This document shows, in pieces, positions 17,782 to 26,742 of a stretch of DNA of 32,000 bases (positions within the stretch are counted from its first letter, which is position 1; each line of letters opens with the position of its first letter). The position numbers were made by a program, and so were the translations under genes. The notes beneath the pieces were generated by a model. That model saw only the letters and a list, made by a program, of their open reading frames with translations, searched no databases and was not told the origin of the DNA. The stretch comes from Acidothermus cellulolyticus 11B (GTDB lineage Bacteria > Actinomycetota > Actinomycetes > Acidothermales > Acidothermaceae), in the NCBI RefSeq assembly GCF_000015025.1, contig NC_008578.1:1200001-1232000 (forward strand), written 5' to 3'.

Positions 17782-17827
17782 TTGACCCGTCGACGACAGC
17801 CTATTATGTTTGGACCCAAACGAATAG
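17782..17827 (+). promoter_or_regulatory. Putative promoter (TTGACC-17-TATGTT) with overlapping operator-like quasi-palindrome S3 (CTATTATGTTTGGACCCAAACGAATAG, 17801-17827)
   Basis: The -35 is at 17782-17787 and the -10 at 17805-17810, with a 17-nt spacer. The core GTTTGG-AC-CCAAAC (17808-17821) matches S2 in 14 of 18 positions over 17806-17823. It sits between the divergent PuuD-like (start 17752) and HpaE-like (start 17860) genes. Confidence 0.55.
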
Positions 17828-17859
17828 ACGCACGAGTAGACGACGGCGGGAGGGTGCGG

Positions 17860-19341
17860 ATGCCGCGTACGACGTCCGTCAGCGGAATTGAGGTTTCCGT
17901 TGACCACTGGGTGGGCGGCGAACGCCTCGCGTCGGATGCGACGTTCCCTGACATTTCACCGCTTGATCAGCAGGTTCTCGCCAATGTCGCCCGCGGCGGA
18001 CCGCGGGAAGTGAGCGCCGCGGTCGACGCCGCTTCGGCGGCGTTTCCGCAATGGGCGGCGACACCGCGCACCGAGCGGGCCGCCCTCCTGCACGCCGTAG
18101 CGGAAGGCATCGAGAAGCGTGTCGACGATCTCGCACTCGTCGAAACGTTGGACAACGGGGGGTTGCTCCGGTCCCATCGTCGGAGTGTGATTCCCCGCGC
18201 CGCGTATAACTTTCATTTCTTTGCGGATTTTCTCTTGCAGCTCGGTCATGAGGATTTCGAGACACGAGGACATAGAAACCACATTTCGTGGCAACCGGCA
18301 GGAGTCACGGCGGTCATCACGCCGTGGAATGCACCGTTGATGCTCGCCACCTGGCGGGTCGCACCCGCCCTAGCCGCCGGCAATACCGTCGTGCTCAAGC
18401 CCCCGGAGTGGGCGCCGTTGACGGCATCACTCCTCGCCGACATTACCGCTGAAGCCGGGCTGCCGCCAGGCGTCTTTAACGTCGTGCAGGGTATTGGGGA
18501 GGAGGCCGGTGCCGCACTGGTGCGCGATCCCCGGGTACGCCGTATCGCCTTCACCGGCTCGGTTGCGACCGCGCGCGCCATCGGTCACGCGGCAGCGGAG
18601 AACGTCATCCCCGTCTCCTTCGAGCTGGGAGGCAAGAATCCGTTCATTGTCTTTCCCGACGCCGACCTGGACCTCGCTGTACGACACGCGGTGGATCAGT
18701 ACGACAACGCCGGCCAGGTCTGTCTCGCCGGCACGCGATTGTACGTCGCCGACGCCGTCTACGACGAATTCCTTGAGCGGTTTCTCCAGGCGGCTGCGGC
18801 GTGGCGGGTAGGGGACCCGCGCAGCGAAGACGTCGACATGGGCCCGCAGATTCATCCCGACCATCTTGCGCGCATTGACGGATACGTCCGCCGCGCGAAA
18901 GCCGCCGGGGCGACGGTCCTACTCGGCGGCGGCCCGCATCCGGAGCTGGGCGGTCTGTACTACCAACCCACCTTATTGACGAATGTTGCCGATGACAGTG
19001 AGATCAACCGCGAAGAAGTCTTCGGTCCTGTCATTGTCCTGCATCGATTTACGGACGAAGACGAAGTCATCCGGCGTGCGAACGACAATATCTATGGGCT
19101 CGCGGCGATGGTCTTTACCGGCGACCGGTCACGGGCGGAGCGCGTCGCGGACCGGCTGGTCGCCGGCACCGTCTGGGTGAACTGCTTCTACGTCCGCGAC
19201 TTGCGGGCGCCGTTCGGCGGCGCGCGGTTGTCCGGTATCGGCCGGGAAGGCGGCACCTGGTCGTTCGACTTCTACGCGGAGGTCAAGAACACGGTGACCG
19301 CCCCGAGCGGCTGGTTGATAAAGGAGGCGAATGGTGGGTGA
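17860..19341 (+). CDS. Ring-fission semialdehyde dehydrogenase (5-carboxymethyl-2-hydroxymuconate / 2-hydroxy- or 2-aminomuconate semialdehyde dehydrogenase, HpaE-like)
   Basis: The ATG at 17860 follows GGGAGGG. The sequence is collinear with E. coli HpaE as I recall it: HWVGGE, IPRAAYNFHFFADF, FELGGKNP, NAGQVCLAGTR and VRDLRAPFGGARLSGIGREGG. Confidence 0.85.
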   Translation: MPRTTSVSGIEVSVDHWVGGERLASDATFPDISPLDQQVLANVARGGPREVSAAVDAASAAFPQWAATPRTERAALLHAVAEGIEKRVDDLALVETLDNGGLLRSHRRSVIPRAAYNFHFFADFLLQLGHEDFETRGHRNHISWQPAGVTAVITPWNAPLMLATWRVAPALAAGNTVVLKPPEWAPLTASLLADITAEAGLPPGVFNVVQGIGEEAGAALVRDPRVRRIAFTGSVATARAIGHAAAENVIPVSFELGGKNPFIVFPDADLDLAVRHAVDQYDNAGQVCLAGTRLYVADAVYDEFLERFLQAAAAWRVGDPRSEDVDMGPQIHPDHLARIDGYVRRAKAAGATVLLGGGPHPELGGLYYQPTLLTNVADDSEINREEVFGPVIVLHRFTDEDEVIRRANDNIYGLAAMVFTGDRSRAERVADRLVAGTVWVNCFYVRDLRAPFGGARLSGIGREGGTWSFDFYAEVKNTVTAPSGWLIKEANGG

Positions 19342-20245
19342 AGTCGTCGGTGCGGGACTGCTGTCCCATGTGCCAACGATCATGTTGCCGGAGTCCACGC
19401 GGCGTGAGTTGTACGAAGGCAAAGACACCACGCTCGTCGACGGACTGCGTCGGCTTCGTACTGAAGTCTTTGAAACGCTCGACTATGACACGGTCGTCGT
19501 CCTTGACTCGCACTGGGCGACCACCGTCGAGTTCGTTGTGACGGCACACCCGCTCCGGGCCGGCCTCTTTACCTCAGAAGAGCTGCCGCGCGGCATGCGT
19601 CGCATCCCTTACGACTTCATGGGCGATCCTGATCTCGCACATGCCATCGCCGCAGCCGCGGAGAGACACGGCACCTGGATCACGGCAATCGACGATCCAT
19701 ATTTGCCAATCTTTTACGCCACGGTCAATCTCTGGAAGTATCTGGGGGAGGGACTCGATCGGAGGTGGATCTCCCTCAGTGTCTGCCAAACCGCAGATAT
19801 GGAAGACTTTCTGCGCGCCGGTCGAGCCCTTGGCGAGGCAATCATCAACTCTGATCGCCGTGTCATACTCATCGCATCCGGCGCGCTGAGCCATACCTTC
19901 TGGCCGCTCCGCGAATTGCGGAAGCATGAAGCCGCGGGTGTTGAACACATCTTCAGCAGGGAAGCCGCCGATGCCGACAACGAGCGGCTTGCCTGGTTCC
20001 AGAAGGGTGATCACGCTCAGGTGCTCCGGACGATGGGGGAGTTCTACCGTTTCAAGCCGGAGGCGAAATTTGGTCACTACCTTCTGATGATGGGCGCACT
20101 CGGCGAGGAGGCCTGCACGGCACCCGGGCGGTTATTCAGTGCATATGAAAATTCGATCGGCACGGGACAAGTCCACGTGTGGTTCGATCGTCCAGAAGGA
20201 GGCTTTCCCGCTCCGCGCGCGACAGACACTCGTGGCGATGACTGA
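19331..20245 (+). CDS. Class III (LigB-type) extradiol ring-cleavage dioxygenase, HpaD/HpcB-like
   Basis: Motifs are LSHVPTIM, VVLDSHW, IASGALSHTFW and IGTGQVHVWF, as in homoprotocatechuate 2,3-dioxygenase (HpcB) and the related AmnB/LigB enzymes. The start (ATG 19331 or GTG 19334) overlaps the upstream stop, and AAGGAGG is at 19321-19327. Confidence 0.85.
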   Translation: MVGEVVGAGLLSHVPTIMLPESTRRELYEGKDTTLVDGLRRLRTEVFETLDYDTVVVLDSHWATTVEFVVTAHPLRAGLFTSEELPRGMRRIPYDFMGDPDLAHAIAAAAERHGTWITAIDDPYLPIFYATVNLWKYLGEGLDRRWISLSVCQTADMEDFLRAGRALGEAIINSDRRVILIASGALSHTFWPLRELRKHEAAGVEHIFSREAADADNERLAWFQKGDHAQVLRTMGEFYRFKPEAKFGHYLLMMGALGEEACTAPGRLFSAYENSIGTGQVHVWFDRPEGGFPAPRATDTRGDD

Positions 20246-21110
20246 GGTCGAGCGCGTTACCGAGTACCGCCGGATACTCCTCGACGGCGCGGAAACCCGC
20301 GTCGAGCGGCACGGTGACCTATTGATCGCACCAGACGGCCGACGTGTTCCGGTCGAGAAAGCGGTTCATCTCCCTCCCGTTCAGCCAACAAAGATTATCG
20401 CGGTACACCTCAATTACCGCAGCCGCGTCGAGGAGTTTCACGCGCGGCTTCCGCCGGCTCCCACCTACTTTCACAAGCCGACGACGGCGCTCAACGCTCA
20501 CGGAGGCGCCGTCGTGCGGCCGCAACGATGCCGTTGGCTCAACTTCGAAGGTGAATTCGCTGTGGTGATCGGTAGGCCATGCCGCAACATCCGGCCGGAT
20601 GACGCGATGGACTACGTCGCCGGATTCACCATAGCGAACGATTTCGGGCTGCACGACTTCCGGGACACGGATGCAGGGTCCATGCTTCGCGTCAAGGGCT
20701 CCGATACGCTCTGCCCTCTGGGCCCGGGACTCGTCGTCGGCTGGCAACCGCAGGGCAAGCGCCTGCGTACCTATGTCAACGATCGCGTCGCTCAGGATGC
20801 GTCAACAGACGAGATGGAGTGGAGCCCCGCGTATCTCATCGCCGACATCGCCCGCACCATCACCCTGCTGCCCGGTGACGTGATTCTCACCGGTACACCC
20901 GCGGGCTCGCGTCCGGTCGAACCAGGTGACGTTGTCACGGTGGAGGTCGAAGGCCTCGGCCGCCTGGTCAACTACGTTGTCGAAGGACCAATACCGGTGC
21001 GTGATGACGTCGGCGCGCAGCCGTCGTCATCAGAAGAAGTGGTCTCCACCGCCCTCGGCGGCGATTGGGAGTTCCGAGGCATTCGGCCTCCCCGCCGTGC
21101 GGTGGAGTGA
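20238..21110 (+). CDS. Fumarylacetoacetate hydrolase (FAH)-family enzyme (HpaG/HpcE-type decarboxylase/isomerase or hydratase, single domain)
   Basis: The ATG at 20238 (or GTG at 20232) overlaps the dioxygenase stop (ATGACTGA). FAH-fold motifs are KIIAVHLNYRSR, NFEGEFAVVIG and GDVILTGTPAG. Confidence 0.8.
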   Translation: MTEVERVTEYRRILLDGAETRVERHGDLLIAPDGRRVPVEKAVHLPPVQPTKIIAVHLNYRSRVEEFHARLPPAPTYFHKPTTALNAHGGAVVRPQRCRWLNFEGEFAVVIGRPCRNIRPDDAMDYVAGFTIANDFGLHDFRDTDAGSMLRVKGSDTLCPLGPGLVVGWQPQGKRLRTYVNDRVAQDASTDEMEWSPAYLIADIARTITLLPGDVILTGTPAGSRPVEPGDVVTVEVEGLGRLVNYVVEGPIPVRDDVGAQPSSSEEVVSTALGGDWEFRGIRPPRRAVE

Positions 21111-21149
21111 CCCGGTGTATCAACCACTGCCACAGGAAAACGGGAGTCA

Positions 21150-21371
21150 ATGATCATGCGGATTGTCGTTGATCTGACGAAATGCCAGGATCACGGACAG
21201 TGTGTCTTCTCATGCCCGGAAGTGTTCTCGCTGGACGAGAACGGGAAGCTGTCTTTTCGAAAGTACGCGCAAGAGCTCTACCGATCGGAGCTCATTTCAG
21301 AGGAGCTGCGCGACAAGGTCGAAGAGGCGGCCGACGTCTGCCCCACCCAGGCAATTCTTATTGAGGAGTAA
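21150..21371 (+). CDS. Small ferredoxin, [3Fe-4S]-type P450 redox partner
   Basis: The protein is 73 aa. The cluster motif is C-QDH-GQ-C ... C-P (CxxHxxC...CP), as in actinobacterial P450-associated ferredoxins. The start is ATG 21150 or 21156. Confidence 0.85.
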   Translation: MIMRIVVDLTKCQDHGQCVFSCPEVFSLDENGKLSFRKYAQELYRSELISEELRDKVEEAADVCPTQAILIEE

Positions 21372-21374
21372 AAG

Positions 21375-22619
21375 GTGCAACGCGTCGTCGTGGTCGGCGC
21401 GTCGGTAGCGGGACTTCGAGCGGTTGAATCGCTGCGCAGGAACGGATTCGCCGGCGAAATCCTCGTTATCGGCGGTGAGCGCTGGCCGCCGTACAACCGC
21501 CCGCCGCTCTCCAAGACCGTTCTCACGGCTACCGAATTGCCGGGCTTCGATGAGATCGCGCTTCCTCTTTCGCCACGGATCGGTGACGTCCAATGGCGGT
21601 TGGGTGTCCGTGCGGCGGCGTTGGACGTGGACGCACGCGTCGTCGTCCTCGAGGACGGCCAAACGGTCGAGTGGGACGGTCTCGTTATCGCGACCGGACT
21701 GCGACCGGTGCGGTTGGCTGTCCCCGGGCCGACGGTGAGGCGGTACGTGCTTCGCAATTTTGATGACGCGCGGGCACTCCGAGACGTGCTGCAGCCCGGT
21801 GCCCGGCTTGTCGTGATCGGTGCGGGGTTCATTGGTTGCGAGGTCGCCTCCGCCGCGAGGGAACGCGGGGTCCACGTGGTCGTTGTCGGACGCTCGGAAT
21901 ACCCTCTTCCCGGGCTGGGCGACATTCTGGGAAGCGAACTGCGGAGACTTCACGAGACACATGGCGTCCGCTTCCTCGGAGCACGAGCGGTCGTTGCTTT
22001 CGAGGGAACCGACCATGTACGCGGTGTAGTCCTCGACGACGGCACCGAACTGGCCGCCGACATCGTCGTTGAAGCAATCGGCGGCGCCCCGGAGACGGAT
22101 TGGCTCGTAACCACCAAGCTCGACATCCACAACGGCGTGCGGTGTGACGGAATGTTACGAGCACTCGACATTTCGGGACAGCCCATACCCAACGTCGTGG
22201 CATGCGGTGATGTCGCACGAGTGCCCCTGCTGCGCGGGGCGGGAATTGAAGGCCGAGTGGAGCACTGGTCAATGGCCATTGAGACGGGACGGTACGCCGG
22301 CCGCACCCTCGCTGCATCCTTGTCCGGTGCGGCGGCAGGTGCGCCGTCTGTGCCGATGGTGCCGACGTTCTGGTCAGACCAATATGGCGTTCGGCTCTCC
22401 GGCGTGGGTCTGCCTGAGATGCATGACGGCGAGATCCGGGTACGGCATGACAGCGCGGCCGGCGAAGTCGCGATCTCGTACTTCCGGGCCGGACGGTTGA
22501 TCGGCATCGCTGCACTCGGCTGTGCCGCACGACTCCCGGAGTTTTACGACGCGGTCCGGCGCTCCTGGCAGGATGAGGGCCACCCGGTCTCGACCGTGAC
22601 TCGGTCGTCGCCGCGCTAA
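21375..22619 (+). CDS. FAD-dependent ferredoxin-NAD(P)+ reductase (pyridine nucleotide-disulfide oxidoreductase family)
   Basis: The GTG at 21375 lies 3 nt after the ferredoxin stop, with GAGGAG upstream. The FAD fold is VVVVGASVAGLRA, the NAD fold is LVVIGAGFIGCEVA, and ACGDVA is also present. Confidence 0.88.
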   Translation: MQRVVVVGASVAGLRAVESLRRNGFAGEILVIGGERWPPYNRPPLSKTVLTATELPGFDEIALPLSPRIGDVQWRLGVRAAALDVDARVVVLEDGQTVEWDGLVIATGLRPVRLAVPGPTVRRYVLRNFDDARALRDVLQPGARLVVIGAGFIGCEVASAARERGVHVVVVGRSEYPLPGLGDILGSELRRLHETHGVRFLGARAVVAFEGTDHVRGVVLDDGTELAADIVVEAIGGAPETDWLVTTKLDIHNGVRCDGMLRALDISGQPIPNVVACGDVARVPLLRGAGIEGRVEHWSMAIETGRYAGRTLAASLSGAAAGAPSVPMVPTFWSDQYGVRLSGVGLPEMHDGEIRVRHDSAAGEVAISYFRAGRLIGIAALGCAARLPEFYDAVRRSWQDEGHPVSTVTRSSPR

Positions 22620-22829
22620 GCCGGCGGCCTTCGCGCGGTGTGTTTCTGTTGGTCAACAACAATGTGACGATCTGTTCAGGGGTCTTGTCAGAAGATAGTT
22701 CGGGCCCTAATATCTCACCAGACGCGTGGCTCATCATTACGAGACCGAGTAGTTGACGGTGCCCGTCGGTACCGCCGCGGCTGCCGTCGTTCGAACGCGT
22801 CTTCCTATCGTGTCGATCGAGGAGGCCCT

Positions 22830-24380
22830 ATGGTAAGCGCTTCCGGAGAGCGCGGCGCAATGCTGGCGGCGGTTGAGGCAAGAGCCCCGTCGCGACACCT
22901 GTGGCGAGATCGGATTGCGGTCATCGGCATTGTTTTTTATGTGGTTGCGGCATCCGCGCCGCTGGTTGGCATGTCCGGTGCGGTTCCCGTGGCCATCGGC
23001 CTGGGGAATGGTTCCGGGACGCCCGGCGCTTACCTCGCGGTCGGTATCGCGCTCCTCATCTTCAGCGTGGGTTACGCCGCCATGAGCAGCAAAGTCACCA
23101 ATGCCGGGGCATTCTTCGCCTATGTAGGCCGTGGACTCGGCGTACGGGCCGGAATTTCTTCCGCCTTTGTGTCTATCTTCGCGTACGTCACGATCCAACT
23201 CGCGATTTATGGCTTCATGGGCGGGCTGGTCGCGCAGGAAGCCAAGCAATATCTCGGCATCTCCCTTCCCTGGTGGGGATGGGTCTTTATCGCCTGGGGC
23301 CTTGTGCTTCTCCTTTCCCTCTTCAGCGTGGATGTCGGCGCTAAAGTTCTTGGCGGCTTTATGATTCTTGAGCTGAGCTCGCTCCTCATCATGGCTTTCG
23401 CTGTCATCTTCCGCGGCGGCGGCCCGCAAGGACTCAGTGTGTCGGCGTCGTTCGCGCCAAGCCATGTCTTCGTCGGCGGCCTCGCCGGATCGGCTGGAAT
23501 CGCGTTGGCGTTCGCGTTCGCCTCCTATATTGGCTTTGAGGCGACGGCGATTTACGGCGAGGAGTCACGGGATCCGAAGCGTACGGTTCCGGTGGCTACC
23601 TACGCGGCTGTGGGAACGATTGCCCTGCTCTTCGCCGTTACGTCGTGGGGAATTGTGAGCGGCTTAGGGCAAGGCCGCGTCGTCGACGAGACGCTGAAGA
23701 TTTCTACGGTTGGTGATACACCGCTGGCGGATCCCGCACAAGTCATCTTCCACGTCGCCACGCAGTACGTTGGATCGTGGCTCGCGGATCTCATGCGCAT
23801 TCTCGTGATCTCCAGCCTTTTCGCCGGCCTGCTCGCGTTCCAGAACGCCAATGCGCGGTATTTCTACGCGCTGGGGCGTGCCGGCGTCCTGCCGAAGGCT
23901 CTGAGTCACGTCTCACGGCGCGGATCCCCGATGTACGGAACGCTGACGATGTCCGGGCTCACTGCCCTCGTGGTGCTCATCTTCATGGCGAAGGGCTGGG
24001 ACCCGGTGCTCAACCTCTTCTATTGGTCCAGTGCCATTGCCGTCATGGCGATCGTCATAGTGGAAATTCTGGTCTCCGTTGCGGTGATTGCCTTCTTCCG
24101 GCGTGATCATTCCGATACCCGGCTCTGGAACACCGTGGTCGCGCCGATCCTGGCCATTGCCGCCCTCGGTATCGGTCTCTACCTCCTCATGGCCCGGTTC
24201 GGGCTTCTCGCCGGTACCGCAGCAGCCGGGGTCGATCCCACGAAGACGGCGTGGGCGCTGTCACCAACGGGATGGGTGCTCATTGCGCTGCCGTTCGTCA
24301 TGCTCATCGTGGGTCTTGTCGTAGCGCTTGCCCGACGGCGGAGCATCGACAGCCAGGTCGTTGCCGATCTGGTGAGCTGA
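22830..24380 (+). CDS. APC-superfamily amino acid/amine permease
   Basis: The protein is 516 aa with about 12 hydrophobic segments and Gly/Ala-rich TM helices typical of APC transporters. The ATG follows GAGGAGG (22819-22825). Confidence 0.8.
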   Translation: MVSASGERGAMLAAVEARAPSRHLWRDRIAVIGIVFYVVAASAPLVGMSGAVPVAIGLGNGSGTPGAYLAVGIALLIFSVGYAAMSSKVTNAGAFFAYVGRGLGVRAGISSAFVSIFAYVTIQLAIYGFMGGLVAQEAKQYLGISLPWWGWVFIAWGLVLLLSLFSVDVGAKVLGGFMILELSSLLIMAFAVIFRGGGPQGLSVSASFAPSHVFVGGLAGSAGIALAFAFASYIGFEATAIYGEESRDPKRTVPVATYAAVGTIALLFAVTSWGIVSGLGQGRVVDETLKISTVGDTPLADPAQVIFHVATQYVGSWLADLMRILVISSLFAGLLAFQNANARYFYALGRAGVLPKALSHVSRRGSPMYGTLTMSGLTALVVLIFMAKGWDPVLNLFYWSSAIAVMAIVIVEILVSVAVIAFFRRDHSDTRLWNTVVAPILAIAALGIGLYLLMARFGLLAGTAAAGVDPTKTAWALSPTGWVLIALPFVMLIVGLVVALARRRSIDSQVVADLVS

Positions 24381-24431
24381 CGGTACGCGTGGTGCGCGCA
24401 GGTTAGCCTCGCGCTGTCCGAGTACTGACCG

Positions 24432-24487
24432 GGGACGTTCGCGCGTTTCCCCGGACCGGAGTCCTCCCCGAACCGCGCGAACGTCCC
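24432..24487 (+). terminator. GC-rich hairpin (14-bp perfect stem, 28-nt structured loop) downstream of the permease; possible factor-independent terminator without a U-tract
   Basis: GGGACGTTCGCGCG (24432-24445) pairs exactly with CGCGCGAACGTCCC (24474-24487). It begins about 50 nt after the permease stop. No T-run follows, so the assignment is tentative. Confidence 0.35.
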
Positions 24488-24624
24488 GGGTTCTCGCCTG
24501 CGCCGGACGCCGGCCCGACAGAGCGCCTGCGGTCCGTAGGCGGCTCAAGACACGGGGCGATCCTGATCCGCGGCGCACCCCAGTCATCCCCAGGAGTGCG
24601 CCGCGGCGTGCGTACGGTGGAACC

Positions 24625-26742
24625 ATGCGACCGGTGACAGATGTTCAGCGCCGGGTGGCGCCCTTCCGGGTGATCAGCGAGTACCGGCCATCCGGGGACC
24701 AACCGCAGGCGATCGACGAGCTCGAACGGCGGATCCGCCGAGGCGACCGCGATGTCGTGCTCCTTGGCGCGACCGGCACCGGGAAGACGGCGACGATCGC
24801 CTGGCTGATTGAGCGCCTGCAACGGCCGACCCTCGTGATCGAACCCAACAAGACCTTGGCCGCGCAATTCGCGAACGAATTGCGGCAGCTCATGCCGGAG
24901 AATGCGATCGAGTATTTCGTTAGCTACTACGACTATTACCAGCCGGAAGCCTACATTCCGCAGACCGATACGTACATCGAAAAAGACGCCTCCATCAACG
25001 ATGAGGTGGAGCGGTTGCGGCACTCCGCAACCAACAGCCTGCTCACGCGCCGGGACGTCGTCGTCGTCGCCAGCGTCTCCTGCATCTACGGCCTGGGCAC
25101 TCCGCAGGAGTACGTGGATCGAATGCTGCGGTTGCGGGTCGGTGAGGAAATAGAGCGGGACATCCTGCTCCGCCGGCTTGTTGACATTCAGTACACCCGG
25201 AACGACGTCGCATTCACCCGGGGCACGTTCCGGGTGCGCGGCGACACGATCGATGTGATCCCACAATACGAGGAACTCGCCGTCCGGATCGAGATGTTCG
25301 GCGATGTGATCGAGCGGCTCGCGACGCTGCACCCGCTGACCGGTGAGGTCCTCAGCGAGGACGAGGAAATTTACATCTTTCCGGCGTCGCACTACATTGC
25401 CGGTCCGGAGCGGATGGCTCGGGCGATCCGCGACATCGAGGAGGAACTCGCACAGCGGCTCGCCGAACTGGAGAAGCAGAACAAGCTCCTTGAAGCGCAG
25501 CGGTTGCGGATGCGGACGACCTACGACCTGGAAATGCTCCGCCACATCGGCACATGTTCGGGCATTGAGAACTACAGCCGGCACATCGACGGCCGCCCGC
25601 CCGGCAGCCCGCCGAACACCCTGCTGGATTATTTCCCGGAGGATTTCCTCCTGGTCATTGACGAGTCACACATCACCGTTCCGCAGATCGGCGGCATGTA
25701 CGAGGGCGACATGTCGCGCAAGCGGGTCCTCGTCGAGCACGGCTTCCGCCTGCCGAGCGCACTGGACAACCGTCCCTTACGGTTCGACGAATTCCTTGAC
25801 CGGATCGGCCAGACGGTCTACTTGTCGGCGACACCCGGCCCCTACGAACTCGCGAAGGTCGGCGGGGATGTCGTCGAGCAGGTGATCCGCCCCACCGGCC
25901 TGGTCGACCCGGAGATCGTCGTCAAACCGACCAAGGGACAAATCGACGACTTGGTGCACGAAATCCGGGTGCGCGCCGAGCGCGGCGAGCGGGTCCTGGT
26001 CACCACGCTCACCAAGAAAATGGCCGAGGATCTGACCGATTATCTCCTGGAGCTCGGCATCCGGGTGCGCTACCTGCACAGCGAAGTGGACACGCTGCGG
26101 CGCGTCGAATTGCTCCGGGAACTGCGTCAGGGCGAGTTCGACGTCCTCGTCGGCATCAACCTGCTCCGCGAAGGACTGGACTTGCCGGAAGTCTCCCTCG
26201 TCTCCATTCTCGACGCCGACAAGGAGGGTTTCCTCCGGTCGGCGACGTCCCTCATTCAGACCATCGGGCGCGCCGCACGTCACGTCTCCGGACAGGTGCA
26301 CATGTACGCCGATACCGTGACCGCGGCCATGAAGGAAGCGATCGACGAAACGAACCGACGGCGGGCCAAGCAGCTGGCGTACAACGCCGAGCACGGCATC
26401 GACCCGCAGCCGATCCGAAAGAAAATCGCCGACATTCTCGACACGCTCATTCGGGAGGACGCCGATACCCAGGCTCTCCTCGGCGGGACCGGGCGGCAGG
26501 TCAGCCGAGGGAAGGCACCCGCTCCCGGGCTCGCGTCCAAGGCGGCGCCGCCGGTCGGCCGGCATGCCAAGGACCTCGCAGCCATGCCGCGACAGGAACT
26601 CACCCGCCTCATCGAGGAACTCACCGAACAGATGCACGCCGCCGCCGCGGAATTGCAGTTTGAGCTCGCCGCCCGGCTGCGGGACGAGATCCGGGAGCTG
26701 AAGAAGGAATTACGCGCGATGGAGGCCGCCGGCGTCGGCTGA
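24625..26742 (+). CDS. uvrB: Excinuclease ABC subunit B
   Basis: The N-terminus reads [20 protein letters not shown]. Walker A is GATGTGKT, the DEAD-like box is DESH, and the C-terminal UVR domain is [21 protein letters not shown]. Confidence 0.97.
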   Translation: MRPVTDVQRRVAPFRVISEYRPSGDQPQAIDELERRIRRGDRDVVLLGATGTGKTATIAWLIERLQRPTLVIEPNKTLAAQFANELRQLMPENAIEYFVSYYDYYQPEAYIPQTDTYIEKDASINDEVERLRHSATNSLLTRRDVVVVASVSCIYGLGTPQEYVDRMLRLRVGEEIERDILLRRLVDIQYTRNDVAFTRGTFRVRGDTIDVIPQYEELAVRIEMFGDVIERLATLHPLTGEVLSEDEEIYIFPASHYIAGPERMARAIRDIEEELAQRLAELEKQNKLLEAQRLRMRTTYDLEMLRHIGTCSGIENYSRHIDGRPPGSPPNTLLDYFPEDFLLVIDESHITVPQIGGMYEGDMSRKRVLVEHGFRLPSALDNRPLRFDEFLDRIGQTVYLSATPGPYELAKVGGDVVEQVIRPTGLVDPEIVVKPTKGQIDDLVHEIRVRAERGERVLVTTLTKKMAEDLTDYLLELGIRVRYLHSEVDTLRRVELLRELRQGEFDVLVGINLLREGLDLPEVSLVSILDADKEGFLRSATSLIQTIGRAARHVSGQVHMYADTVTAAMKEAIDETNRRRAKQLAYNAEHGIDPQPIRKKIADILDTLIREDADTQALLGGTGRQVSRGKAPAPGLASKAAPPVGRHAKDLAAMPRQELTRLIEELTEQMHAAAAELQFELAARLRDEIRELKKELRAMEAAGVG

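Noticed and set aside
21829-22737. 302-aa ORF on the minus strand, plus 21297..22130 and 21278..21925
   Set aside because: They are antisense to the ferredoxin reductase gene, which has clear FAD/NAD Rossmann motifs. Their translations are Arg-rich junk.
22788-22797. CGTTCGAACG palindrome as a fourth copy of the island operator
   Set aside because: It shares the TCGTTCG half-site, but the halves abut with no GG-NN-CC centre. The spacing and architecture differ from S1-S3, so I kept it only as a note in the permease-upstream finding.
22737-23465. 242-aa ORF on the minus strand
   Set aside because: It is antisense to the 5' half of the APC permease, whose hydrophobic TM pattern is far more convincing.
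24403-25584. 393-aa ORF on the minus strand
   Set aside because: It is antisense to uvrB, has a low-complexity Arg/Pro/Gly-rich translation, and has no family resemblance.
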